NCBI GenBank assembly: GCA_965205015.1
Contig: OZ242029.1
Coordinates: forward strand, 1,504,001 to 1,568,000
Direction of reading: 5' to 3'
From: Candidatus Poribacteria bacterium
GTDB lineage: Bacteria; Poribacteria; WGA-4E; WGA-3G
DNA: 64,000 bases
The notes under the pieces are model-generated. The model was not told the DNA's origin, did not search any database, and saw nothing but the letters and a program-made list of their open reading frames with translations. The position numbers and the translations under genes are program-made. Within the stretch, counting starts at the first letter, position 1, and each line of letters starts with the position of its first letter. Positions 47,864-57,670 of this stretch are shown here, piece by piece.

Positions 47864-49291
47864 TTAAGCCGCAGTACTTGGCCGAGAAATGCCATATCGG
47901 TTCATTTTTTTGTATAAATTGCTCCGCTCCACCTCTAATGCTTCTGCGGTACGTCGGATGTTCCACTTATTTTCTTCCAAAGCCGCAAGGATGCATTGCG
48001 CTTCGGCAGTATCCATCATCTTACTCAGAGCGGTTCCAGATTTGTAGAGTGGTATCCCCAGAGAGGACTGTAAGACCCCTTGATCCAGAGCCGTACTCGT
48101 CGGTGAATATGAGGAAGTGGATTGCGGAATCAATGACAAAGCCTCAGCGACATCGGGTGCCATCACAACATCTCGATTTACCATAATCAGGAGGCGTTCA
48201 ACGATGTTTTTTAATTCCCGGATGTTCCCGGGCCAATTGTAACCTTGAAACACAGTATAAGCCCCTGGATCAATGACTTTCGGAGTGGATGCGATATTGA
48301 GTTGTAAACGCTCGGCAAAGTATTTCACTAACAGCGGAATATCCTCTGTCCGTTCTCGAAGCGGTGGAACAGTAATCGGCACGACATTAAGCCGATAGAA
48401 AAGATCGCGCCGAAACCGCCCCTTCTCAATTTCCTCGGGGAGGTGTTTGTTGGTCGCCGCGATAATTCGAACATCTACCGTCCGGATCTGATTTCCGCCG
48501 AGACGCTCAACTTCGCCGGTTTCAATGACCCGAAGGACCTTTGCCTGTGCCTTTAAACTCATATCCCCAATTTCATCGAGAAAGATAGTTCCACCGTGAG
48601 CGAGTTCAAAGCGTCCCTGTCTTCGGGAGTCAGCACCAGTGAAGGCGCCGCGTTCATGCCCAAAGAGTTCACTCTCAATGAGTTCATCGGGTAAAGCGGC
48701 GCAGTTGAGAGGGATAAAGGTTTTCGCGGCACGCCTGCTCTGTTGGTGGATCGCATTGGCAACAAGTTGCTTACCCGTGCCATTCTCGCCGGAGATGAGG
48801 ACCCCGAGTTTGCTTCCCGCGACCCGTTGAATCTGCGAGCGGAGATGCGAAATAACGGCACTCTCACCTACCATTTCATCGGCGGGCGTAATTTGTGATT
48901 TCAGAATCTCATTCTCTTGCGATAAGCGCGATATATCTAAAAACGGCTGAACACTGGAGAGAATTTTATCAATACTGATCGGTTTTGTGATATATCGCTT
49001 TGCCCCAAGTTCCATTGTTTTAACAGCAATTTCAATATCTTGCTGCGCAGACATCATCACCACATTTAACTCCGGGTAGCGTTCACGCAGTTTTACAAGC
49101 GTCTGAACACCATCCATTCCATTTTCCATGCGGATATCCAACAGTACAAGATCCACATCGGACGTGAGGCACTGTTGCAACGCTTCTTCACCACTTGCAG
49201 CTGTGAGCGCTTGATACCCGCGCATTTTGAGTCCTTGGGACAACATCTTAAGCGTATTTTTTTCATCATCTACAATCAGAATAGTTTCCAT
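47864..49291 (-). CDS. Sigma-54-dependent response regulator (NtrC/NtrX-like)
   Basis: ILIVDDE, LLDIRM, GENGTGK, GAFTGA, FLDEIGDM, Fis-type HTH. Confidence 0.92.
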   Translation of the reverse strand: METILIVDDEKNTLKMLSQGLKMRGYQALTAASGEEALQQCLTSDVDLVLLDIRMENGMDGVQTLVKLRERYPELNVVMMSAQQDIEIAVKTMELGAKRYITKPISIDKILSSVQPFLDISRLSQENEILKSQITPADEMVGESAVISHLRSQIQRVAGSKLGVLISGENGTGKQLVANAIHQQSRRAAKTFIPLNCAALPDELIESELFGHERGAFTGADSRRQGRFELAHGGTIFLDEIGDMSLKAQAKVLRVIETGEVERLGGNQIRTVDVRIIAATNKHLPEEIEKGRFRRDLFYRLNVVPITVPPLRERTEDIPLLVKYFAERLQLNIASTPKVIDPGAYTVFQGYNWPGNIRELKNIVERLLIMVNRDVVMAPDVAEALSLIPQSTSSYSPTSTALDQGVLQSSLGIPLYKSGTALSKMMDTAEAQCILAALEENKWNIRRTAEALEVERSNLYKKMNRYGISRPSTAA

Positions 49292-49400
49292 CTTTTAATT
49301 TTACCTTGCGGATAAGTTTCGTGATAAAAATTTTCGGAGTTTCCGTGTTCGAGTCGCCTGCGTGTTTTTGCTTGGGGTATTTGCAATGTAATACAAGGAA

Positions 49401-49430
49401 CGGATTTAGTCTCTCCCCAGACTAAATCCG
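49401..49430. other. Perfect 12-bp stem hairpin between kinase and regulator genes
   Basis: CGGATTTAGTCT-CTCCCC-AGACTAAATCCG; no U-tract. Confidence 0.5.
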
Positions 49431-49554
49431 GTGTTTCTGCGTATTGTTGCAGGCTGCGTTTTTTGATGCGATGCCGGACATATCCTTATTTCAATCTCGA
49501 CTTCACCAGAAACCTGATCGTAATGAAATAGAGAGCGGCCCAGGAGACTATAAA

Positions 49555-51747
49555 TTAAGAACCTTTAATGTCTATTACCTGATCTTCGGTTTCCAGTTCA
49601 GTAACCAAGTTCGTGTGTGGCATTAACTTTTCAGCCACCGATGTAAGTTCCTCGGCGCGAGTCCCTTGCTTGTGGGGAAAATGGATACGGACGGTTGTGC
49701 CTACGCCTTCAGTGCTCTGAAAGTCTATCTCGGCACCGTGATCTGTGACAATCCTCCTAACAATCGGCACGCCGAGTCCTCTACCATTCGTCTCTGACTT
49801 TGTCGTGTAATAAGGCACAAAGAGATTCGCCTGAGTCTCCTCGGACATACCGTGACCCGTATCTTGGATTTCCAGTGAAACCGTGCCATTAATGACGGTC
49901 GGCTCTCGGTTGTCGGTTTTCGGTGCCTGACGATTGCTATCGCTTTCATCTGCGACAAGATTCTCTTGCTGACTGCTCCTTGGTGTAGTGCGATTCTTAT
50001 CATCTTCTCCCGTTACAACGTGTTCCGACCGACTGCCGACGGAAACCGACGGCTGACGGCCATTTGGTGTGAAATAGGTTTTAACCTGAAGCAATCCGCC
50101 TTCAGGCATAGCCTCAATCGCATTTTTCAGGAGGTTGCCGAGTGCTTGTGTAATCTGTTCCGGATCCACTAAAAGTAGAGGCAGCGGGACTAACTCAGTT
50201 CTCACTTTGATTTTTGAGATGTTTTCAAGCCAGAACTTCTCAGTAGAATCTTGTAGGACTGAGTCCACCTGCTCTGAACTCATCGGTGCGACTTCATTTT
50301 CCTGCTCAAGGTCGGGTATGTGTCTACCGGTGTAAAGTGTCAGAACAGATCTCACAATGTCATTCAACTGGCACCATTTTCGCTGGGGTTTCGGCATTCG
50401 TGCGAATTGATGGAACTCATCTATGAGTTTACCGATCCGATCCACCTCTTCAATGACTGTGTCCGTACATTCACTGAATATTTGCTCAAAAACCTCAGGG
50501 TTAGATTTCGCCTGTTGCAGGTTCTCAACAGAAAGCCGAATCGGAAAGAGTGGGTTTTTAACTTCGTGTGCGACTTGCCGTGCGGCATCTCTCCAAGTCG
50601 CGGCACGCTCTGCCGCCATACGCTCCTCCATGCTCTGCTTCAGGTCCTGTGCCATTTGATTGAACCCTTCAGCAAGCTGCCCGACCTCGTTACGGGATTG
50701 GATTTTAACGCGATGATCAAGATCCCCCGCCGCGATATGGCTCACCCCCTCACGCAGCACCGCGATCGGACGCGTAATCCGACGGCTAATGATATAACTG
50801 ATGAGATAAACTAACGCGAGTCCACCGACGCCACTCAAAAGCAGTGTAATTGTCAGTTGCCGCTGCCACCTCGCTTGACGTTCATGGGAATATGCCACGA
50901 TTAAGCCAACAGAGGGTGTTTCGCGTGTTGTCGCGAAAGGTGAGTTGAAAGGTGTTATTTGAAAAGCAGTAAAAGCGCGTCCGCCCGTCTCCTCTGTCCC
51001 CTGTAAAAAGATTTTTCGCGCTGGAAGCCAACTCGGCTGTGATTTAAACCAACCTTTCCCCTGTGCTATTTGAGAGGCGTAATTTAACGGAAACCAGTTC
51101 TCCGCCGCTGTCGCCATCGATTCAGGATCAAAGGATGCTGGGTCCGACCTTTGGGACCTTCGCACAAGGAAGATCGGATGCTCATCTGATTGGATGCTCG
51201 TTTGTTTTGTCTCCAGCCACGCTTGCAAGAGGTAGCCGCCCGTCACGAATCCCCAATCGCCTGCTTCGGTTACCTGAACGACATATTGTAGCCCCAAATC
51301 GCTCTGTTCAGGAATACTTCTGAGTTGTATATGTCCCTTCTCGTTATCCAGCGGCTTATATATTGGGTTCCTTCGTCCTATCCGTGTGTCGGGATATAGC
51401 AGTCTTCCATCCGGAGCCCCGTATTCTAAGAGATCAAACTCCGGTGCTGGTAGATATGGGAGCAACGACTTCGTTTCTATGACATCGTGCAGTCTCACAT
51501 CATTGGCGGTGGCGTGGACTTCTTTCTGAACTTGGTTGAGCAACTTCTGATAATTGTTTGAAATTTGTGCTTGAACCGTCTCAACATAAGTGTCAATTTC
51601 CCTTCTAAAAGCGAGCCGAATCAGGAAACTGGTACTTCCAAACACAACGCCGAACATGACAAGAAAGACGAAGCCGTAGGCGATAAATATTTTATCATGG
51701 AATCGCAAAGCGGAGAGTTTATTCCTCATTTCTCGCACCACTCGCAA
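49555..51747 (-). CDS. HAMP-domain sensor histidine kinase (NtrY-like); start uncertain (GTG 51747 or ATG 51729)
   Basis: Two TMs, HAMP (EVGQLAEGFNQM), H-box AHEVKNPL, NLLKNAIEAM, DTGHGM, GRGLG. Confidence 0.88.
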   Translation of the reverse strand: MRVVREMRNKLSALRFHDKIFIAYGFVFLVMFGVVFGSTSFLIRLAFRREIDTYVETVQAQISNNYQKLLNQVQKEVHATANDVRLHDVIETKSLLPYLPAPEFDLLEYGAPDGRLLYPDTRIGRRNPIYKPLDNEKGHIQLRSIPEQSDLGLQYVVQVTEAGDWGFVTGGYLLQAWLETKQTSIQSDEHPIFLVRRSQRSDPASFDPESMATAAENWFPLNYASQIAQGKGWFKSQPSWLPARKIFLQGTEETGGRAFTAFQITPFNSPFATTRETPSVGLIVAYSHERQARWQRQLTITLLLSGVGGLALVYLISYIISRRITRPIAVLREGVSHIAAGDLDHRVKIQSRNEVGQLAEGFNQMAQDLKQSMEERMAAERAATWRDAARQVAHEVKNPLFPIRLSVENLQQAKSNPEVFEQIFSECTDTVIEEVDRIGKLIDEFHQFARMPKPQRKWCQLNDIVRSVLTLYTGRHIPDLEQENEVAPMSSEQVDSVLQDSTEKFWLENISKIKVRTELVPLPLLLVDPEQITQALGNLLKNAIEAMPEGGLLQVKTYFTPNGRQPSVSVGSRSEHVVTGEDDKNRTTPRSSQQENLVADESDSNRQAPKTDNREPTVINGTVSLEIQDTGHGMSEETQANLFVPYYTTKSETNGRGLGVPIVRRIVTDHGAEIDFQSTEGVGTTVRIHFPHKQGTRAEELTSVAEKLMPHTNLVTELETEDQVIDIKGS
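49894..50062. repeat. Family B heptamer element lying in-frame in the kinase HATPase domain
   Basis: TCGGCTC-TCGGTTG-TCGGTTT-TCGG left arm and CCGAC..CCGACGG-CTGACGG right arm; ~55-aa insert between N and G1 boxes. Confidence 0.6.
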
Positions 51748-51808
51748 AGTATCTTTGCTTTTAAACTTCGAAAATTTGTAACACGAGAGGAAGTTACTCT
51801 TTTACCAT

Positions 51809-53242
51809 CTATCGGTTATCTGCGTCTGGTGTCAAGGCAAAAGATCGGAATTTCCGTTTATAGCCTTCCACCCCATCTTGCAGGTATGTTAACTCACTCT
51901 CGCCATTATTGTCAAGGTGTAACCGCTGGAGCCTACCCTTTACGGCAATAGTATCCATTAAGAGGCGCATCACCCGGCAAACAGACCGAATATCCCGCTT
52001 CGGAACGGTTAGCGTTGCATTCGGGACCCCGTTCTCACTAAAATCTAAAGCCGTCCCGCGATACGAAGCGGTCTGCATGTGGGTCATGGATAATCCTTCA
52101 AACTCGGTTAATTTGCTGTCCATTCCAGTTTCGCTCGGTAGTACTAAATCGGGACCGAGTTCCTCCCAATGGAGAAATAAAACGACTTTATCCTTAGGAC
52201 CGGCGATAATACCGTTGAGAATAGAGTGATTACTCGTGGGTCCCTTCGCATTTATGACATTAGCCCCACCGCCGCGTTCCTGAATAGATTCTGTATAAAG
52301 TTGGACGAACCATTCCCCGAGACAACTACTATCAGCGTAGTTGTAAAAAACAATGCTTCCTTTTCCATCGACTTCTTCAAAGAGATGAACCCATCGCGCC
52401 AATTGATAGGCAATGTTATCCTGATGATTATAAGCGAGATTAAAGTCTTCATGCGCCTGACTCACCCCTTCGACAGCGGCACGAATTCGAGTATCGGGTG
52501 TTTCGTCCTTTCCTGCCGTCATAGCAAGAAAGAACAACCCGACCGGAGAGAACGCTGAAAACCGTCCCCCAACGCCATCAGGAACAGGAAGCAGTGTGTC
52601 CCCGTAGAAAGGTGATTGCTTATGCATTCGGAAGAGCACACTGTCGGCGGTTAATCCGGTCGTCGCGAGAATTTGTTGATGCCAATTTACATCATCAAGC
52701 GCATCACGGATAATCATCAACGTAGCCATGGTTTCGGTCGTTGTTCCAGATTTGCTAATGACATTAAAAAGCGTTCTATCAAGGAGGTTTCTCGTTTTGA
52801 GCATTTCAAGTAAACCGGCAAGCTTGCGTGGATCGAAAGTATCACCCGTGAAATAAACTTCAGGGGCACCCCCGCGTTCTTCAACCGACAGTAAGTTATG
52901 ATACGGATGGTTGAAGGAATCGTGAAAGACGCGGGCACTCAGGTCAGAACCACCAACGCCAATGGTGACTAACACCGAAAACGCTTCACGTGCGCGTGTA
53001 GCTAATGCCGCCACCTGGGCAATATCTTCTGCTTGGAGATGACTCCGAGTCCACGCACGAAGTCCACACTTCAACTCAGTCAGCGGTGTCCCTGTGTCCT
53101 CCTGAAATAGAAGGTGAATGCTTTGCAAAGCGGTATCAACTTCCTGTTGCGCCGCCTGCGGGAACGAACCGATCCTCCCATTGTCAACTAAAAAATGTAG
53201 CTTACTGTCCAACAAGATATCCTCTTCACTCAATTCTTCCAT
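51809..53242 (-). CDS. pgi: Glucose-6-phosphate isomerase
   Basis: IGVGGSDL, VISKSGTTTET, VGGRFSAFS, QLYTES, QDGVEGYK; start MEELSEE preferred. Confidence 0.85.
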   Translation of the reverse strand: MEELSEEDILLDSKLHFLVDNGRIGSFPQAAQQEVDTALQSIHLLFQEDTGTPLTELKCGLRAWTRSHLQAEDIAQVAALATRAREAFSVLVTIGVGGSDLSARVFHDSFNHPYHNLLSVEERGGAPEVYFTGDTFDPRKLAGLLEMLKTRNLLDRTLFNVISKSGTTTETMATLMIIRDALDDVNWHQQILATTGLTADSVLFRMHKQSPFYGDTLLPVPDGVGGRFSAFSPVGLFFLAMTAGKDETPDTRIRAAVEGVSQAHEDFNLAYNHQDNIAYQLARWVHLFEEVDGKGSIVFYNYADSSCLGEWFVQLYTESIQERGGGANVINAKGPTSNHSILNGIIAGPKDKVVLFLHWEELGPDLVLPSETGMDSKLTEFEGLSMTHMQTASYRGTALDFSENGVPNATLTVPKRDIRSVCRVMRLLMDTIAVKGRLQRLHLDNNGESELTYLQDGVEGYKRKFRSFALTPDADNR

Positions 53243-53594
53243 ACTTGTCCGAAAGACGAACAATATCTTCTTCGTCAAAGTGACCAAACGCAATTTCGAG
53301 TATTCGATAGTCTTTAGATTCACCGATGAGTTGATGTTTGGCACCTTGTGGAATAAATACCGGTTCCATAGGCGCGGGACGTTGAATTGTGCCCTCAAGG
53401 TTTACACAGGCACCCTCATCAAGCGGTATCCACAACTCACTTCGGTGGTGATGATACTGATAACTTACCTGCTCGCCTGCCCGAATTTCCAAAATTTTGA
53501 CGGTAACGGGTTGATTGAGGACATATTGTATGAAACGCCCCCACGGTTTTTCAATTGTTATAATTTCCTGAAGTTCTTTCGGGCATATAGGCAT
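53226..53594 (-). CDS. Mannose-6-phosphate isomerase type II-like cupin
   Basis: EKPWG, SYQYHHHRSELW, EEDIVRLSDKYGR. Confidence 0.85.
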   Translation of the reverse strand: MPICPKELQEIITIEKPWGRFIQYVLNQPVTVKILEIRAGEQVSYQYHHHRSELWIPLDEGACVNLEGTIQRPAPMEPVFIPQGAKHQLIGESKDYRILEIAFGHFDEEDIVRLSDKYGRIE

Positions 53595-53699
53595 GACTAA
53601 ACTCTCCGAATTGTGAAACGGATCCATCGAAAAACGTGGGACCAAGACAGACTTTACCGCCTCCACAGGCGAAAAAATGGTTACCAAAACACAATAGAT

Positions 53700-53728
53700 A
53701 GTGTATCATATCAGTAGCTTGTCGTCAA
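53700..53728 (-). promoter_or_regulatory. Sigma-70 promoter for the cupin-pgi-kinase run
   Basis: Reverse strand TTGACG-N17-TACACT. Confidence 0.55.
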
Positions 53729-53766
53729 CTCAAAAGAAGCACATACTTAAACATAGTCCAAACCGC

Positions 53767-53875
53767 GTAGTCCGTAATGGAATGGAGGGGTTTTTGCCGG
53801 GGTGTTTTCCCCTAGATTTTTAGAAAGAAATGTCAAGTTCCACTCCCACGTCATTTGACCGCAGGATAAATTTAA
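53767..53875 (+). repeat. Dispersed repeat family A copy overlapping the serine hydrolase start
   Basis: GTAGTCCGTAATGGAATGGAGGGGTTTTTGCCGGGGTGTTT...ACGTC..CCGCAGGATAAATT. Confidence 0.65.
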
Positions 53876-54891
53876 AAAACCTTATTGAGAATAGTATTTC
53901 CGAGCAGGTGTTTCCCGGTGCCGTTGCCTGCATCCTTACTCATAAAAAGGTGCTTTACCACGAAGCATTTGGGTATCGATGTGTGAAACCGAAAAGGCTA
54001 TCGATGCTTCGCACGACGCTATTCGATTTGGCATCGCTAACGAAACCGATTGTTGTAGGAACGCTTTGTATGCAGCTCGTTGAGAGAGGCACACTCTGCT
54101 TGGATACACTCGCAGAGAAATACCTACCGGAGTTCCAGCAGAAAGGAGTAACGCTTAAACATCTGCTGACACACACCTCAGGACTCCCTGCATGGTTACC
54201 TGTCTATCTGCGGGCACCCTCCCGAAAGGATGTCATCTCGTATCTCGGAGGGGTGACACTGGAATCTCAACCCGGGAAGAAAGCCGTGTATAGTTGCTTG
54301 GGGTATATCGTGTTAGGTACGCTCCTTGAAAACGTAGCCGGAAAATCTCTGGATACATTGGCACAAGAACGGATTTTTGCCCGGCTCGGTATGGAGTGGA
54401 CGCGGTTCAACCCGCCACACATATGGCGTGAACACTGTGCAGCCACCGAGGATTCCAACAGTTTTGAACGCCGGATGGTGAACTACGAACGCTACGATTG
54501 GCGAGAAGGTGTGATTATTGGGCAGGTCCACGATGAGAACGCGCATTTCCTCGGCGGCGTTTCCGGCAATGCTGGACTTTTTTCTACATCAACAGATCTC
54601 AGTCTGTTCTGCAGAACGTTGATGGACAACGGTGGAGGTCTGTTACGCCCGGAGAGCCTCTCTACGATGCAACAGGTCGCTTCGGCGGAAGGAGAACGCC
54701 GGGGCATCGGTTGGGCCGTGACAGATGATGGGTGTCTCTACCACACAGGGTTCACTGGCACTTCAATACGCATCTGTCTAAAAAGAAAACTTGCAGTGAT
54801 CTTGTTGACAAATCGCGTGCATCCGGATGCCGATCGGCGTGGCATTATCGACTTCAGGAAGATATTCCACTCAATAGTTTTCAGTTGTTAG
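53830..54891 (+). CDS. Serine hydrolase, beta-lactamase class C-like (AmiE/NamA-like, peptidoglycan-recycling context)
   Basis: FDLASLTK (SxxK), LLTHTSGL, VYSCLG, VHDENA, HTGFTG, LTNRVHP. Confidence 0.85.
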   Translation: MSSSTPTSFDRRINLKNLIENSISEQVFPGAVACILTHKKVLYHEAFGYRCVKPKRLSMLRTTLFDLASLTKPIVVGTLCMQLVERGTLCLDTLAEKYLPEFQQKGVTLKHLLTHTSGLPAWLPVYLRAPSRKDVISYLGGVTLESQPGKKAVYSCLGYIVLGTLLENVAGKSLDTLAQERIFARLGMEWTRFNPPHIWREHCAATEDSNSFERRMVNYERYDWREGVIIGQVHDENAHFLGGVSGNAGLFSTSTDLSLFCRTLMDNGGGLLRPESLSTMQQVASAEGERRGIGWAVTDDGCLYHTGFTGTSIRICLKRKLAVILLTNRVHPDADRRGIIDFRKIFHSIVFSC

Positions 54892-54955
54892 TCATCGGTT
54901 TTCAGTTAAGAAGTTTTCGTTTAACGTAGCCCCTTGTAACTGATCGGCAGAAAAA

Positions 54956-56179
54956 ATGTTTTCCACATCTACAGTACAGCAGCAAAAAATTGAATTAGGA
55001 TTGGATGTTCTGCTCACAAAGAAAAATGACTGGATTCGCGGGCGATCAATTGGTCTGATTACAAACCACACGGGGGTTGATACCACCTTGCGGAGCAATT
55101 ACCGATTTTTCGCGGAGATGCCAGAGTGCCGGCTTTCCGCAATCTTTTCTCCAGAGCATGGATTCTGGGGCGCGGTCCAAGATGGCATTGCCGTTGACAG
55201 CCTCAAGGTCTCAGATGAAAACGCATCGCGAAGAAACCCCCAAGCAAAAACACCTTACCCCGCGAGCGTTCCGGTCTATAGTGTATATGGACAATCAATT
55301 CGCCCAACAGCGAGCCAACTTGAAGGTATTGATCTGCTTGTGTACGATATACAAGATGTCGGGGCGCGTTACTATACCTACATTTCGACCCTGCTACATG
55401 CAATGGAGGCTTCCGCCGATCACGGCATAGAGTTCATCGTCGCAGACCGTCCGAATCCGATTACGTGTAATGCTGTGGAGGGACCGATATTGGAACCTGG
55501 GTTTGAATCCTTTGTGGGAGTACATACGGTGCCTGTTCGTTACGGATTGACAATCGGCGAATTAGCAACACTGTTGAAGGCGGAATGTGTGCCATCATGT
55601 CCTCTAAAGGTTGCATGGATGCACGGATACGCACGCGGCATGTGGTATGATGACACAGACTTGCCCTGGGTGCCACCCTCGCCGAATATGCCGACACTCA
55701 CAACGGCAGCCCTCTATCCAGGTTTATGCCTGTTTGAAGGAACCAATATGAGTGAGGGTCGAGGCACGACGAAGCCGTTTGAATATATTGGCGCGCCTTG
55801 GTGCAACGGCGAAAGGTGGGCTGAGATACTGAATGCTTTGTCTCTACCCGGTGTCCTGTTCCGCCCAGTCGTTTTTACGCCTGCTCCAGTTGCTGAAAAC
55901 ACGAAGCACGCGCAACAGACGTGTGGTGGTGTTGCAATTCACATTACGGATAGAGAACGCTTCCGTCCAGTAGAAACGGTTATCCACATGTTATCCACTT
56001 TAATCCCCGAATACAGAGATCATTTTGCGTTCCGAGACGCGCACTTCAATCGGTTAGTAGGAAACAGTTGGCTCCGAGATGCATTGCTGGATAGAGAGTC
56101 ATTCGATAAGATTCAGGCACAGTGGAGCGATGAACTTCAGACGTGGTATGATCGAAGATCACAATTTTTAAACTATTAA
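54956..56179 (+). CDS. namZ: Exo-beta-N-acetylmuramidase NamZ family (DUF1343)
   Basis: GLITNHTG, FSPEHG, YDIQDVGARYYTY, DRPNP, WVPPSPNMPT, SEGRGTTKPFE. Confidence 0.88.
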   Translation: MFSTSTVQQQKIELGLDVLLTKKNDWIRGRSIGLITNHTGVDTTLRSNYRFFAEMPECRLSAIFSPEHGFWGAVQDGIAVDSLKVSDENASRRNPQAKTPYPASVPVYSVYGQSIRPTASQLEGIDLLVYDIQDVGARYYTYISTLLHAMEASADHGIEFIVADRPNPITCNAVEGPILEPGFESFVGVHTVPVRYGLTIGELATLLKAECVPSCPLKVAWMHGYARGMWYDDTDLPWVPPSPNMPTLTTAALYPGLCLFEGTNMSEGRGTTKPFEYIGAPWCNGERWAEILNALSLPGVLFRPVVFTPAPVAENTKHAQQTCGGVAIHITDRERFRPVETVIHMLSTLIPEYRDHFAFRDAHFNRLVGNSWLRDALLDRESFDKIQAQWSDELQTWYDRRSQFLNY

Positions 56180-56185
56180 ATGTAG

Positions 56186-56300
56186 TTTTCGGTGCGGATT
56201 TTTTGAAAAAAATCCTTTCAGTTATCGGTTTTCAGACAAGAGGGATTCGTTTAACAACGCCCTCTTGTAACCGACAACTGACAACTGACAACCGGTAACC
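56186..56300. repeat. Family B element with CGGATTTTTT..AAAAAATCC palindrome module
   Basis: Same palindrome module occurs inverted at ~62026-62053; CAAGAGGG..CCCTCTTG stem; (CTGACAA)n arm. Confidence 0.7.
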
Positions 56301-56310
56301 ATAAAAAGAT

Positions 56311-57510
56311 ATGATAGAATTCTATGAACTCGTAAAAAAACAGAAAAAGTATGTTATCGGCTTGATGTCTGGTACCTCTGTCGATGGCATTGATGCAGCC
56401 GTTGTTGAAATTACGGGATACGGTTTGGAAACGACAGTGAACTTGATCGCTTTTGAGACTTTCCCCTTCCCACCCGATGTGCCACAACGCATCCTCGCTC
56501 TCTGCCAGCCCGATACGAGCCGCGTTGACGATATTTGTGAGATGAACTTTTACATTGGACATCTCTTCGCGGAGGCTGTCAAGCATATTCTACAAAAACA
56601 TGGAATGCACACCAGCACCATTGACCTCATCGGTTCACACGGTCAGACAATTCATCACTTACCCAGAGACTCAAACACCGATTGTAATGATTTCCGCTAT
56701 CCATCAACATTGCAAATTGGTGAGCCTGCGGTCATCGCACACGAAACCGGGATTCCAACGATAGCGGATTTTCGAGTCGCTGATATGGCGGCAGGCGGGC
56801 AAGGCGCACCGTTGGTATCATATCCAGACTATCTGCTGTTCCATAACAGTGTTAAAACAGTGGGACTCCTAAACATTGGAGGGATTGCGAACCTTACTGT
56901 GCTTCCCGCAAATGGATCGTTTGATTCGGTTTCCGCGGCAGATACGGGACCGGGAAATATGTGTATTGATGCAGTCATGAGTGAAATAACGGGTGGAAAA
57001 GAACGTTATGACAAAGCCGGACAGCGTGCCGCGCAGGGGACCCCTTACCAACCTCTCATTGACGAATGGTTAAAGCACCCATTTTTCCAACTGACACCCC
57101 CGAAGACGACTGGACGCGAAACCTTCGGACACACTTTCGCACTGGAATGTTTGGCGGCATGTCGTGAACACAATCTTTCGGATAACGACGCTATTGCAAC
57201 TTTGACCGAGTTGACAGTCCAGACGATTGCTCTTTACATTTCACAATTTGTGTTGGAACAGAACCCAATAGACATACTCTATGTGAGCGGCGGCGGGGTA
57301 CGCAACCAGACGATCATGCGACATCTCGGCGAAGTGTTAGTGAATACGACGGTGGAACCTGTAGATAATTCAGGTATTTCCGCAGATGCAAAGGAAGCGA
57401 TAGCGTTCGCAATTCTCGCGAATGAATCACTCCACGGGCAGGCTGGGAATCTGCCCTCCGCGACAGGCGCGTCTGTGCGAAAAATTTTGGGGAAGTTTGT
57501 GTGTCCGTGA
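56311..57510 (+). CDS. anmK: Anhydro-N-acetylmuramic acid kinase
   Basis: GLMSGTSVDGID, GSHGQT, DFRVADMAAGGQGAPL, NIGGIAN, DTGPGN, PKTTGRETF, KEAIAFA. Confidence 0.95.
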   Translation: MIEFYELVKKQKKYVIGLMSGTSVDGIDAAVVEITGYGLETTVNLIAFETFPFPPDVPQRILALCQPDTSRVDDICEMNFYIGHLFAEAVKHILQKHGMHTSTIDLIGSHGQTIHHLPRDSNTDCNDFRYPSTLQIGEPAVIAHETGIPTIADFRVADMAAGGQGAPLVSYPDYLLFHNSVKTVGLLNIGGIANLTVLPANGSFDSVSAADTGPGNMCIDAVMSEITGGKERYDKAGQRAAQGTPYQPLIDEWLKHPFFQLTPPKTTGRETFGHTFALECLAACREHNLSDNDAIATLTELTVQTIALYISQFVLEQNPIDILYVSGGGVRNQTIMRHLGEVLVNTTVEPVDNSGISADAKEAIAFAILANESLHGQAGNLPSATGASVRKILGKFVCP

Positions 57511-57592
57511 CGCAATAACCTTCAAGTTTCAGCAATCAAAAAATGAAACTTTATCTCCTTTTATTCAAATACACACCTTTTTTTGCGGAATT

Positions 57593-57622
57593 ATGCACCC
57601 GTTTCACTCCTAAGTAGCGTCA
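57593..57622 (+). promoter_or_regulatory. Putative ECF promoter upstream of ECF-WD40 sigma gene
   Basis: TGCACCC-N17-CGTCA, same geometry as the 15.5 and 24.6 kb promoters. Confidence 0.45.
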
Positions 57623-57670
57623 CCAGATACGAATCCACAATGGTAAACTATCTCTTTTTGGAGACGACTC

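Noticed and set aside
49401-49430. Intrinsic terminator
   Set aside because: Strong stem but no adjacent U-tract on either strand; it lies among repeat fragments
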